Source: Acidimicrobiia bacterium
GTDB lineage: Bacteria > Actinomycetota > Acidimicrobiia > IMCC26256 > PALSA-610
DNA length: 64,000 nt
NCBI GenBank assembly: GCA_038239145.1
Contig: JBBSFB010000004.1
Span: 19,563-83,562 of the forward strand
Direction of reading: 5' to 3'
Part shown: positions 43,724 to 52,556 of the stretch, one piece after another
Layout: each line of letters opens with the position of its first letter
Numbering within the stretch: position 1 is the first letter of the stretch
Notes under the pieces: model-generated
What the model saw: the letters and a program-made list of their open reading frames with translations, nothing else
What the model was told of the DNA's origin: nothing
Databases searched by the model: none
Translations under genes and position numbers: made by a program

Positions 43724-45440
43724 GGTCTTCTTCCTCGTCCTCGTAGAGGGCTTCGCCGCGGCGTAGGCGGGCGGCGATGTGCACGACGGTGGGAAGCTCG
43801 CGCCGGGTCGGCGTGTGCGCGGCGAGGAAACGGGCGATGCCCGCGAGGATCAGCGCGGACTCCTCCGAGCCATCGGGCCACGCGGTCGCCTGGCGCACGC
43901 CCGCTTCGACGGTCTGATACCAGTGGAAGCCCGCGTCCTCGGCGAGCAACGCGTGCCCGAGCGCGGCGATCAGCTCGGAGCGCGCGCCGCCGGCGGCGAG
44001 GAATCCGTATGCCTCGTTGGCGGCCGCATCGACCATTCCCTGGGAATCGAAGCAGCGATTCAGCGCATCGATGCTCCCGCTCGTCGCCTGCGGGAGTCGG
44101 GCCGCGGGAACGTTGAGGAACCGGTCGAGATATATCCGGAGCGCGGCGTGAACCGAGGCCCGGCGCAACGCCGGTGTCGGGCGGCGGCTGAGCGCCTGGT
44201 GCAGGGCGCTCGCGGCGGTGAACGAATGGTGGACGGTGTCCCAGTCGGCGTGGTCGTTGCGGGTGTGGAAGCGCACGATGCGCAGCGCAGCTGCGTACGC
44301 GAGTGCGCGTCCGAGCTCCTCGTCGGTGGCGCCGCCCGACCAAGCCTCGACCAGCGCGTCGGTGACGGCCTCGGGGTCGTCGGCGAGCAACCGCCACGCG
44401 ATCGCGCCCACGTCGACCTCGGTGGGCGGAGCCGGGTTCGGCCCCTCGAGGCGCGCCGCGGTCTGCGCCGCGAGCGCGACGAGATCCTTCGGATGGCGCC
44501 ACTCCGAGAACTCCTCCGACCGCTGTGCCTGCGTGGTCTGCAACACGAGCGTCGGGAGGAGTCGGACGGCCGAGTCCGGGCCGAGAAGGTCGATCGCTTC
44601 GAACGCCTTGTTCGTGAAGTCGACGGTGTGGCCGCCGTCGATGAACACGTGATCGGTGACCGCCGCGAACATCATCTCCTCGACGAAGGCGATCCGCGCC
44701 GGGTCGTTCAACGCAGTCGCGAGCGTGCGCTCGGCGGAATCGCTCGAGCGGGTGTCGATGAACCGCCGGTACCAGCCTTCCAGTCGGGCCATCGGTACGG
44801 CCTCGGTCGGCAGGGGACCGACGGGGAAGCGGGGTGACTGTCCGCTGGTGTCATTGGCGACGAACGCGAGCCCGTGGACGAGCGCGAGCGCGCGGTCGTC
44901 GTCGTCGAGATGTGGGAACAGGTTCGCCATCGCGACGAGCACGGTGAGGCCGGCGCCCCAACCCCGACCCCGATAGGTTGCGCCGAAGTCGACCCCGGTG
45001 CGCACGATGTCGGCCGCGGGCACGCCCGCGTCGAGGAGTCCGAGCACCGATTTCGCCACGACGAGCGTGATGCTCTCCTCGAGCCCGTTGCGCAGACGCG
45101 CCTGCAGGTGTCCGATCGGGTCGGCATCGGCGCGCGCCCCGACGAACACGTCACCGTCGCGCACGGTCGCGGCGAAGCCCCGGGCGTCGTCGGCCCACAT
45201 GTCGAGGGTGCATCCCGACTCGAGGTCGAAGCGGGCGTGATGCCAGTGGCACGTCACCAGACCGGACTCGACGGTGCCCTGGTGCAGGGGGAAACCGAGG
45301 TGCGGGCAGCGATCCTCGATCGCGTAGGGCGCGTCCTCGTGCCAGAAGACGACTACCGGCACCGAGCCGACCTTGGTGAGGATCTGGCCGGAGCCCTGCA
45401 ACTCCACGAGGGTCCCGGCCCGTACCGCCTGATCGAGCAT
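43719..45440 (-). CDS. Rieske [2Fe-2S] domain protein with a ~450-aa uncharacterised helical C-terminal domain
   Basis: ATG at 45440 preceded by GGAGGG (the track ORF extends to a TTG at 45473). Rieske motifs are CPHLGFPL and CHWHHARF. I cannot assign the remainder to any family. Confidence 0.8.
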   Translation of the reverse strand: MLDQAVRAGTLVELQGSGQILTKVGSVPVVVFWHEDAPYAIEDRCPHLGFPLHQGTVESGLVTCHWHHARFDLESGCTLDMWADDARGFAATVRDGDVFVGARADADPIGHLQARLRNGLEESITLVVAKSVLGLLDAGVPAADIVRTGVDFGATYRGRGWGAGLTVLVAMANLFPHLDDDDRALALVHGLAFVANDTSGQSPRFPVGPLPTEAVPMARLEGWYRRFIDTRSSDSAERTLATALNDPARIAFVEEMMFAAVTDHVFIDGGHTVDFTNKAFEAIDLLGPDSAVRLLPTLVLQTTQAQRSEEFSEWRHPKDLVALAAQTAARLEGPNPAPPTEVDVGAIAWRLLADDPEAVTDALVEAWSGGATDEELGRALAYAAALRIVRFHTRNDHADWDTVHHSFTAASALHQALSRRPTPALRRASVHAALRIYLDRFLNVPAARLPQATSGSIDALNRCFDSQGMVDAAANEAYGFLAAGGARSELIAALGHALLAEDAGFHWYQTVEAGVRQATAWPDGSEESALILAGIARFLAAHTPTRRELPTVVHIAARLRRGEALYEDEEEDH

Positions 45441-45470
45441 TCGGAGGTCCCTCCGGTCAGGAGCTTTCCG

Positions 45471-45484
45471 CAAGTCTTCTGTTG
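45471..45484. promoter_or_regulatory. CAAG-N6-GTTG near-palindrome in the divergent promoter region (candidate SufR-type operator)
   Basis: The sequence caagtcttctgttg lies within the 61-bp region between the Rieske gene and the SufR-like gene. From memory of the Streptomyces SufR literature, it is one mismatch from the CAAC-N6-GTTG site reported there. Confidence 0.35.
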
Positions 45485-45501
45485 CGATAATCTACCGCTC
45501 G

Positions 45502-46149
45502 ATGGAGAACGTCAAGACCAATCTCGGAGTCACCAAGCGCCGGATCGTCGAACGGCTGAAGCGCGCCGACGCCAAGGTCTCCGATCTGGCGGCCGCACTC
45601 GACATGACCGAAGCCGGGGTGCGCCAGCATCTCGACGCGCTGGCCGACAACGGTCTCGTCGTATCCCGGACGGGTGCTGTCGCCGGCCGGGGCCGCCCGC
45701 CAACCGTGTGGACCCTGACCGATCTCGCAGAGGACCTCTTCCCCGATCGTCACGACGACCTCACCGTCGAGCTGATCAGCGCGGTGCGCAGCGCGCTCGG
45801 CGAACAGGGTCTGGCCCGGGTCATCGATGCTCGTGGCCAAGTACAGCGGGCGGCGTACGAGCGCGCACTGCCCAAGCGCGTCTCGCTCCGGAAGCGGGTG
45901 GAAGCGCTCGCGCGCATCCGGACAGAGGAGGGCTACGTCGCCGAGGTCGTTGACGATTCGGATGGCGACGGAGTGTTGCTCGTCGAGCATCACTGCCCGA
46001 TCTGCACTGCGGCCGCGTCCTGCCCGGGATTGTGCGGCTCGGAGCTCGGCCTCTTCCGGGAGGTGCTCGGACCGGGTGTCTCGGTCGAACGGACCCAGCA
46101 CATCATCGCCGGCGACCGTCGGTGCACATATTTGATCCAGCCGGTCTGA
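45502..46149 (+). CDS. ArsR-type HTH regulator with C-terminal Cys cluster (SufR-like)
   Basis: 215 aa. N-terminal winged helix (RRIVERLKRADAKVSDLAAALDMTEAGVRQHLDAL). C-terminal EHHCPICTAAASCPGLCGSELGLFREVLG...IAGDRRCTYLI resembles Fe-S-binding SufR-family regulators. Confidence 0.7.
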   Translation: MENVKTNLGVTKRRIVERLKRADAKVSDLAAALDMTEAGVRQHLDALADNGLVVSRTGAVAGRGRPPTVWTLTDLAEDLFPDRHDDLTVELISAVRSALGEQGLARVIDARGQVQRAAYERALPKRVSLRKRVEALARIRTEEGYVAEVVDDSDGDGVLLVEHHCPICTAAASCPGLCGSELGLFREVLGPGVSVERTQHIIAGDRRCTYLIQPV

Positions 46150-46199
46150 TCGGGCCGGTCAGGTCTCGCGCCGGACGCCCCGGGTATCGTCTCGGGCGC

Positions 46200-47450
46200 A
46201 TGGCGGAGACCGGACGCATCACCGACGAGGGCGTCGAACGACTGCGGGCCCGGATCGGGATCCCCGAACCGCATCCAATGCCGCCGTACTACACGGTCCC
46301 GACGATCGACACGTTCCGCAACGTCGCAGTCTCGTACGGCGACGACAATCCGCTGTGGTGCGATCCTGCGTACGGCGCCGGAACCCGTTGGCAGCAGTCG
46401 ATCGCGCCGCCGGTCCTGGTCGGTGGCGACACGCTGATCGGTGAAGACGAGGTCGCCGCGGTCGCGCCCGAGCATGCCGAGTTGATGAAGGGCGACCCTC
46501 TGCGGGGGGTGCACGCGTTCTACGCTGCCAGCGCTCGCGAGTGGTGGGCGCCGCTCGTACCGTTGCGGCGCACGTTTCGTCGCAACGCCTTGGTGGCCGC
46601 GCTCGATAAGCCGAGCGAATTCGCGGGTCGTGCCATCCACGAGTGGACCGCGCAGGTGTTCCGCGACGACAGCGGTGCGTTGCTGTCGGGCCAATACCGG
46701 CTGATGGTTCGTACCGAGCGGGAGAAGGCCCGGGAGCGCAAGAAGTACGACGCGATCACGATCGACCCGTACTCCGACGATCAGATCGCCGAGATCGACG
46801 CCCAGTACGCGAGTGAGGGTCCGCGCGGAGCCGATCCGCGTTGGTTCGAGGACGTGCGCGAGGGCGATGCCGTCGGGCCGATGGTGAAAGGTCCGCTCAC
46901 CGTCACCGACATCGTGTGTTGGCACGCGGGTATGGGCATGGGTCTGTACGGGATCAAGCCCTTGCGGTTGGGCGCGCAGAACCGTCACCGCATCCCGCGC
47001 TTCTTCCACCGCGACGACCTCAACGTCCCCGACGTGATGCAACGCGTCCACTGGGATCCCGAGTTCGCGCGCCGATCGGGAAACCCGACCACCTTCGACT
47101 ACGGGCGCATGCGAGAGACCTGGCTCGTCCATCTATGCACCGACTGGATGGGCGACGACGCCTGGCTTTGGAAGCTCGACTGCGAGTTCCGGCGCTTCAA
47201 CTACGTCGGCGACACGCAATGGCTGCGCGGGACCGTGACCCGCAAGTTCCTCGCCGCCGGCGACCGGCCCGCAGTCGACATCGAGCTCGACACCGTCAAT
47301 CAGCGCGGCGAGGCCACGACGCCCGGTCACGCGACGATCCTCTTGCCCAGCCGGGAGCACGGTCTGGTGCGATTGCCCGATCCGCCCGGTGGCGCTTCCG
47401 ATCTGCAGGGCGCGCTCGCGGCGATCTCCGAGGAGTTCAGTCGCCGATGA
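46200..47450 (+). CDS. MaoC-like / double hot-dog acyl dehydratase family protein
   Basis: ORF trimmed to the ATG at 46200. It is 416 aa and resembles FAS1-DH-like N-terminal plus MaoC-like C-terminal hot-dog halves (YGDDNPLWCDPAYG, FDYGRMRETW). The call is moderate. Confidence 0.7.
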   Translation: MAETGRITDEGVERLRARIGIPEPHPMPPYYTVPTIDTFRNVAVSYGDDNPLWCDPAYGAGTRWQQSIAPPVLVGGDTLIGEDEVAAVAPEHAELMKGDPLRGVHAFYAASAREWWAPLVPLRRTFRRNALVAALDKPSEFAGRAIHEWTAQVFRDDSGALLSGQYRLMVRTEREKARERKKYDAITIDPYSDDQIAEIDAQYASEGPRGADPRWFEDVREGDAVGPMVKGPLTVTDIVCWHAGMGMGLYGIKPLRLGAQNRHRIPRFFHRDDLNVPDVMQRVHWDPEFARRSGNPTTFDYGRMRETWLVHLCTDWMGDDAWLWKLDCEFRRFNYVGDTQWLRGTVTRKFLAAGDRPAVDIELDTVNQRGEATTPGHATILLPSREHGLVRLPDPPGGASDLQGALAAISEEFSRR

Positions 47451-48241
47451 GCCTGCTCGTACTGCACGACGATCAGGGCGTGCTGACCCTGCGCCTCAAT
47501 CGGCCCGACAAGCGCAACGCCATCGACGAGGAGACGTTCTTCGCGCTCGTCGCCACCATCGAAGGCGCGCGGACCGACGATGGGGTGCGTGTCATCGTCA
47601 TCGAGGGCGAGGGCGATCACTTCTGCGGCGGCGCCGACATCGTGGCCCGCAACGCGGGCGGCGAGGAGCGCAAGCCGCGCGCGGGCAGCATCCAACGGCG
47701 CCTCCCCGGTCAGGCGCACCGACTCATCCCGCTCATCGGCACGGTGCAGATCCCGGTGGTCTGCAAGGTCCAGGGATGGGCCGCGGGAATCGGGTTCCAG
47801 ATCGCGCTGGCGGCCGACCTCACCGTTGCGGCCGACGACGCCCGATTCTGGGAACCGTTCAGCGAACGCGGGTTCACACCCGACAGCGGCGCCACCTGGT
47901 TGTTGCCGCGCCGGGTCGGCGAAGCGCGGGCGCGCGAGCTGCTGCTCCTCGGGCGGTCGCTGAGCGGGACCGAGGCGGCGGCGTGGGGCGCCATCCACCG
48001 AGCCGTTCCCCCCGCCGAGTTGGACGACGCGGTCGGCGCGCTCGTCGACCAACTCGCACACGGTCCGACGGTCGCGCTCGGACTCACGAAGTGGCTGTTG
48101 AGCGCAGGGGCGCACGCCGACCTCGAAGCGCAGCTCGCGAACGAAGCGTTCGCGTTGGAGCTCTCGTCGCGCGCGGAGGATTTTCGCGAAGGGCTCGCGG
48201 CCTTCCGCGAGAAGCGAGCGCCGCGTTTCGAAGGCAGATGA
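47447..48241 (+). CDS. Enoyl-CoA hydratase/isomerase family protein
   Basis: ATGA overlap with the upstream gene. Contains LRLNRPDKRNAI, FCGGADI, GWAAGIGFQIALAADL and FREKRAPRF. Confidence 0.9.
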   Translation: MSLLVLHDDQGVLTLRLNRPDKRNAIDEETFFALVATIEGARTDDGVRVIVIEGEGDHFCGGADIVARNAGGEERKPRAGSIQRRLPGQAHRLIPLIGTVQIPVVCKVQGWAAGIGFQIALAADLTVAADDARFWEPFSERGFTPDSGATWLLPRRVGEARARELLLLGRSLSGTEAAAWGAIHRAVPPAELDDAVGALVDQLAHGPTVALGLTKWLLSAGAHADLEAQLANEAFALELSSRAEDFREGLAAFREKRAPRFEGR

Positions 48242-49470
48242 AGCTCGATCGCGACACTCCCGTCGAGACCGCGGTGGCGGAGGTGCGGGAGTGGGTGGAG
48301 ACGAACCTTCCGCCCGCCTGGATCGAGGCGGGCCGCCGGGGTGGCGCCGCGGCCGTACGTCAGGTTCGCCCCCGCGCCGCGTACGAGGAGTGGTACCCGG
48401 TGTTCGCGGAGTCCGGACTCGTCGTGCCCACGTGGCCGGTCGCGTACGGCGGGCTCGATCTTGCGCCCGTCACTGCACGCGCCGTCGACGGTGAGTTGCA
48501 ACCGTTCAACCTCGGCCGGCTCAACCCGCTGGGACTGAACAACACCGCGCCCGCGCTCTACGCGTTCGGCACCGAGGGGCAGCGGCTCCGTTTCCTACCG
48601 CCGATGGTGCGCAACGAGGAGAAGTGGTGCCAGCTCTTCAGCGAGCCCGGCGCCGGCTCCGATCTCGCGTCCCTCGCCACCCGGGCCGTGCTCGACGGCG
48701 ATACGTGGATCGTCACCGGTCAGAAAGTATGGAGCACGTGGGCGCACTTCTCCGACTTCGCGATCCTGCTCGCGCGTACGGAGCCCGACGCGCCCAAACG
48801 CCAGGGGATCACGTACTTCCTGATCGATCTGCACCAGGCCGGCGTCGAGGTGCGCCCGCTTCGCCACATCGGCGGAGAGGTCGACTTCAACGAGGTCTTC
48901 CTCGACCATGCACTCGTTCCCGACGCGTACCGGATCGGTGAGGTCGGGCAGGGGTGGAAGGTCGCGAACGCCACGCTCTCCGGTGAGCGCGCGATGGTCT
49001 CCGGTGCATCGGGCTCGGGCGGCGTCGACCGGATCGGTGGCCGTGGTGTGGAACACCTGCTGGAGTTGGCGCGAGCTTCGGGTCGCGACCGCGATCCGCT
49101 CGTTCGTCAGCGGCTCACGCGCGTCTACAGCGAGGAACAGATTCGCGCATGGACGAACCAGCGCACGCGGGCCCAGATGAAGGCCGGCCGCGCGCCCGGG
49201 CCCGAGAGCTCGGTCGGCAAGGTGCACCAGGGCGCGCTCAACCAACGCATCCAACTCCTCGCGACCGATCTCCTCGGCCCCGGCGCAATGGCGTGGCCGG
49301 GGGCCAACCTCCCGCTCGAGGTACGAGGAATGCTGCGCAGCCGGGCGAACACCATCGAGGGCGGCACCACCGAGGTCAACAAGAACATCGTGGGTGAGCG
49401 CGTGCTCGGTCTGCCGCGCGAGCCCGATCCGTGGCAGGGTGCGCCCTGGCGCGAAGTCCCGAGGAGCTGA
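48238..49470 (+). CDS. Acyl-CoA dehydrogenase family protein
   Basis: ATGA overlap. Contains WCQLFSEPGAGSDLASL, IVTGQKVWSTWA and IEGGTTEVNKNIVGERVLGLP. Paralog of 280-1530. Confidence 0.9.
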   Translation: MKLDRDTPVETAVAEVREWVETNLPPAWIEAGRRGGAAAVRQVRPRAAYEEWYPVFAESGLVVPTWPVAYGGLDLAPVTARAVDGELQPFNLGRLNPLGLNNTAPALYAFGTEGQRLRFLPPMVRNEEKWCQLFSEPGAGSDLASLATRAVLDGDTWIVTGQKVWSTWAHFSDFAILLARTEPDAPKRQGITYFLIDLHQAGVEVRPLRHIGGEVDFNEVFLDHALVPDAYRIGEVGQGWKVANATLSGERAMVSGASGSGGVDRIGGRGVEHLLELARASGRDRDPLVRQRLTRVYSEEQIRAWTNQRTRAQMKAGRAPGPESSVGKVHQGALNQRIQLLATDLLGPGAMAWPGANLPLEVRGMLRSRANTIEGGTTEVNKNIVGERVLGLPREPDPWQGAPWREVPRS

Positions 49471-49478
49471 CGACGCAC

Positions 49479-50327
49479 GTGGAATACCCGAGACTCGAAG
49501 ATGTCCATCTTGAAACGCTGTTGCTCGAACGCAAGGGCCCGGTCGGCTGGCTGATCAACAACCGGCCCGACCAGCTCAACGCGATGAACGCGCTGATGCG
49601 CGACGAGTTCGAGCACGCATGGCGCGCGCTCGACGCCGACCCGGACGTGCGAGTCATCGTGCACACCGGCGCCGGTCGTGCATTCCAGACCGGGGTCGAC
49701 GTCACCGAGATCGCAACCGACGGTGCCGGCATGCAGCGGTATCGCGAGTCGGTAGAGAAGTTCGACTTCCACTTCACGTCGTGGCACAACGACGTGTGGA
49801 AGCCCGTCATCACGGCAGTGAACGGCATCTGTGCGGGTGGAGGATTCCACTGGATCGCCGATGCCGACATCGTGATCGCGGCATCGGACGCGCAGTTCTT
49901 CGATCCGCACGTGTCGATCGGCCAGGTCGTGTCGATCGAGGCGATCGGACTGATGAAGAAGATGCCGGTCGAAGCCGTGATGCGCATGGCGTTCGTCGGT
50001 CGTCACGAACGCCTCGGGGCGCAACGGGCCTACGAGCTCGGGATGATCAGCGAGATCGTCGATCCGCCCGAGAACCTGCGCGAGGCCGCCCAGGCCTTGG
50101 GCGAGAAGATTGCCCGGAACTCGCCCGCGGCCATGGCCGCGACCAAGCGGGCCTTGCGGAGCGCGCTCGAGCTCGGGCTCACCGATGCGTGCAAGGCGGG
50201 CGCGGCCGAGCTGGTCTCCATGTGGGGTCACCCCGACCAGGAAGAAGGCCCGCGCGCATTCGCGGAGAAACGCGACGCGCAGTGGGCGCCGCCGGAGCCG
50301 GCGACCACCGACGCCCGGACCGAATGA
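49479..50327 (+). CDS. Enoyl-CoA hydratase/isomerase family protein
   Basis: GTG at 49479, 9 nt after the upstream stop. Contains INNRPDQLNAM, GAGRAFQTGVD and AVNGICAGGGFHWIADADIVI. Close paralog of 54135-54851. Confidence 0.85.
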   Translation: MEYPRLEDVHLETLLLERKGPVGWLINNRPDQLNAMNALMRDEFEHAWRALDADPDVRVIVHTGAGRAFQTGVDVTEIATDGAGMQRYRESVEKFDFHFTSWHNDVWKPVITAVNGICAGGGFHWIADADIVIAASDAQFFDPHVSIGQVVSIEAIGLMKKMPVEAVMRMAFVGRHERLGAQRAYELGMISEIVDPPENLREAAQALGEKIARNSPAAMAATKRALRSALELGLTDACKAGAAELVSMWGHPDQEEGPRAFAEKRDAQWAPPEPATTDARTE

Positions 50328-51217
50328 AGTTTTCGCTGGAGCTCCCGGTCACAGAGCCGGACGCGCTCGTGCAGTGCGCGCTCGAGATCGAAGACGCGGG
50401 CTTTGACGCGTGCTTCGTCACCGATCATCCCTATCCGTCGCGCGAGTGGCTCACGACGGGTGGGCACGAGACCCTCGACCCCTTCGTCGCGCTGTCGTTC
50501 GCAGCGGCGACAACCCGCCGCCTGCGCCTGCACACGAACTGCCTCATCCCTGCGTACCGGAATCCGCACCTCACCGCCAAGGCGGTCGCGACACTCGACG
50601 CCTGCTCGCGCGGACGCGTCATTCTCGGCGTCGCGGTCGGATACCTCGAAGCCGAGTTCGACGGACTCGGCGTACCGTTCGTGGAACGCGGTCGTCAGCT
50701 CGACGAGTCGTTGTGGGCGATGAAAGCCGCCTGGGCCGGCGCCGGAACTTCGGAGAATCGAACTTCGGAGAATCGAACTTGGGAGAATGTCGTGACGCCG
50801 CGCTGCGTGCAGCAACCACATCCTCCGATCTGGGCCGGCGGCAACTCGGTCGCCGCGATCCGCCGCGCGATTTCCCACGGCGACGGCTGGAGCCCGTTCC
50901 CGGCCACGCCTCGCACCGCGGCTGCGGTCGACACCGCGTCGATGACCGACATCGCGATGCTCGCAAGCGCGATCACGCGTCTGCACGAGCGCGCGGAGGC
51001 CGCGGGCCGCCCGGATCGGCTCGATGTGTGCTTCACGCCGTTCTCGCACCCGGGTCACCGCGACATCGTCGACCCGGTGGCGTTCGTCGCCGAGGCGCAC
51101 GCGCTCGCGGAGATCGGCGTGACGTGGCTCGCGTTCCACCTGCCCGCGCCGAGCACCCCCGAGTTCTGCGACACCGTCGCCGCGTTCGGCGAAGCGATCG
51201 CCGAGGTCCACTCATGA
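50324..51217 (+). CDS. LLM-class F420-dependent oxidoreductase
   Basis: ATGA overlap. Contains FDACFVTDHPYP, RVILGVAVGYLEAEFDGLGV and HPPIWAGGNSVAAIRRAISHGDGWSP. It contains an in-frame 15-bp repeat. Confidence 0.85.
   Translation: MKFSLELPVTEPDALVQCALEIEDAGFDACFVTDHPYPSREWLTTGGHETLDPFVALSFAAATTRRLRLHTNCLIPAYRNPHLTAKAVATLDACSRGRVILGVAVGYLEAEFDGLGVPFVERGRQLDESLWAMKAAWAGAGTSENRTSENRTWENVVTPRCVQQPHPPIWAGGNSVAAIRRAISHGDGWSPFPATPRTAAAVDTASMTDIAMLASAITRLHERAEAAGRPDRLDVCFTPFSHPGHRDIVDPVAFVAEAHALAEIGVTWLAFHLPAPSTPEFCDTVAAFGEAIAEVHS
50746..50790 (+). repeat. In-frame 15-bp tandem repeat (2 perfect + 1 diverged copy), lower G+C than its surroundings
   Basis: aacttcggagaatcg x2, then aacttgggagaatgt. 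It encodes TSENR-TSENR-TWENV inside the LLM gene. Confidence 0.9.
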
Positions 51218-51969
51218 CTCCCGCGAACCCGGTCGTGAACGACAAGGTGTACATCCACGAGCTGATCGACATCATCGGTCCGAACCGTTCGAAGTACATG
51301 CACCACATGACCGCGAACTGGTGTCCGGCGGCGCGCGAAGAACGCGACATGCTCTGCTTCGGAGTGTGGGGAACTGTCGGCTCGACGGGCAACTGGCCCG
51401 AGGTCGTCAACCTGTGGGAGCTCGACGGTTGGGACGGCCTCGTCGCCAACTTCTCGCACGAGTTGAGCTCACCGTCGCTGCAGGACCCGACGCTCGCCAA
51501 ATGGTGGGCGGCCGCGGCCGAGTTGCGGCGCGGCGGGCTCGACCGCATCGTGGTCCCGGAACCCTGGAGCCCGACGATCGAACAGCTGACCCTCGCGGGT
51601 GTGCGCGGCGCGGTGTATGCGCACGAGATCGTGCGCGTCCCGATCGGCACGGTGCGGGCGTTCCTCGACACGCTCGTCGAGGTCGGCCTGCCGGCGTTGG
51701 AGCACTTCGGGCTCACGTGCGTGGGCGCCTACCGCGTGGCCATGATGAGCGATAGCGAAGCGATCGTCATCTGGGCGCTCCCGTCGTGGGAGACATGGGG
51801 CGAGTACGAGCAGGCCTGGGACGGTTCGCACCTCGCGGCGTGGCGGGCACGCTTGCAGACGCTCAACGCCGACGTACGCCGCACGTTGATGGTCGACGCG
51901 CCGCTGAGCCCGATGCGCACTGGTCGCCAGCCCCGCGTCGAGGACCGTCGGCCGCTCGACGAGCTCTAG
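51214..51969 (+). CDS. NIPSNAP-like (dimeric alpha/beta barrel) family protein
   Basis: ATGA overlap. 251 aa with VYIHELIDIIGPNRSKYMHHM, VNLWELDGWDGL and IVIWALPSWETWGEYE. The family call is tentative. Confidence 0.55.
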   Translation: MTPANPVVNDKVYIHELIDIIGPNRSKYMHHMTANWCPAAREERDMLCFGVWGTVGSTGNWPEVVNLWELDGWDGLVANFSHELSSPSLQDPTLAKWWAAAAELRRGGLDRIVVPEPWSPTIEQLTLAGVRGAVYAHEIVRVPIGTVRAFLDTLVEVGLPALEHFGLTCVGAYRVAMMSDSEAIVIWALPSWETWGEYEQAWDGSHLAAWRARLQTLNADVRRTLMVDAPLSPMRTGRQPRVEDRRPLDEL

Positions 51970-52553
51970 CTCCGGCGCGCGGGCGGTGCCTGCGGGCACC
52001 CGACTGCGTGGTCGTTCACGAGGCCGACCGCTTCGAGGTAGCTGTAGACGATCGTTGTGCCGACGAAGTTGAAGCCACGCTGCTTCAGGTCGTTGCCCAG
52101 GCGGTCGGAGAGCTCGGTGTGGGTCGCCAGATCCGACAACGAGCGCGGCCGATTCACGATCGGCTTCCCGTCGACCCACGCCCAGAGGTACTCGGCGAAC
52201 GAGCCGTGCTCCTCCGCGGTCGCGAGGAACGCCTGCGCATTGCCAATGGCCGATTTCACCTTGAGCCGGTTCCGGACGATCCCCGGGTCGTCGAGCAACG
52301 CGGCCTGCTTGGCGTCGTCGTAGCGGGCGACTTTCTCGGGATCGAAGCCGTCGAACGCGCGCCGGTAGGTCTCCCGTTTGTTGAGGATCGTCGACCACGA
52401 GAGCCCGGCCTGGGCACCTTCCAGGATCAACATCTCGAAAAGGTGGGTCTCGTCGCGCGACGCGACTCCCCACTCGTCGTCGTGATAGGCGCGCATGAGG
52501 TCGGAGCTTTCCGCCCACGCGCACCGCTTCCCCGGGACGGGCCTGGTTGCCAC
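51966..52553 (-). CDS. tag: DNA-3-methyladenine glycosylase I
   Basis: 195 aa with RCAWA, YHDDEWGV, LFEMLILEGAQAGLSWSTIL and GTTIVYSYLEAVGLVNDH. Confidence 0.9.
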   Translation of the reverse strand: MATRPVPGKRCAWAESSDLMRAYHDDEWGVASRDETHLFEMLILEGAQAGLSWSTILNKRETYRRAFDGFDPEKVARYDDAKQAALLDDPGIVRNRLKVKSAIGNAQAFLATAEEHGSFAEYLWAWVDGKPIVNRPRSLSDLATHTELSDRLGNDLKQRGFNFVGTTIVYSYLEAVGLVNDHAVGCPQAPPARRS

Positions 52554-52556
52554 GTG

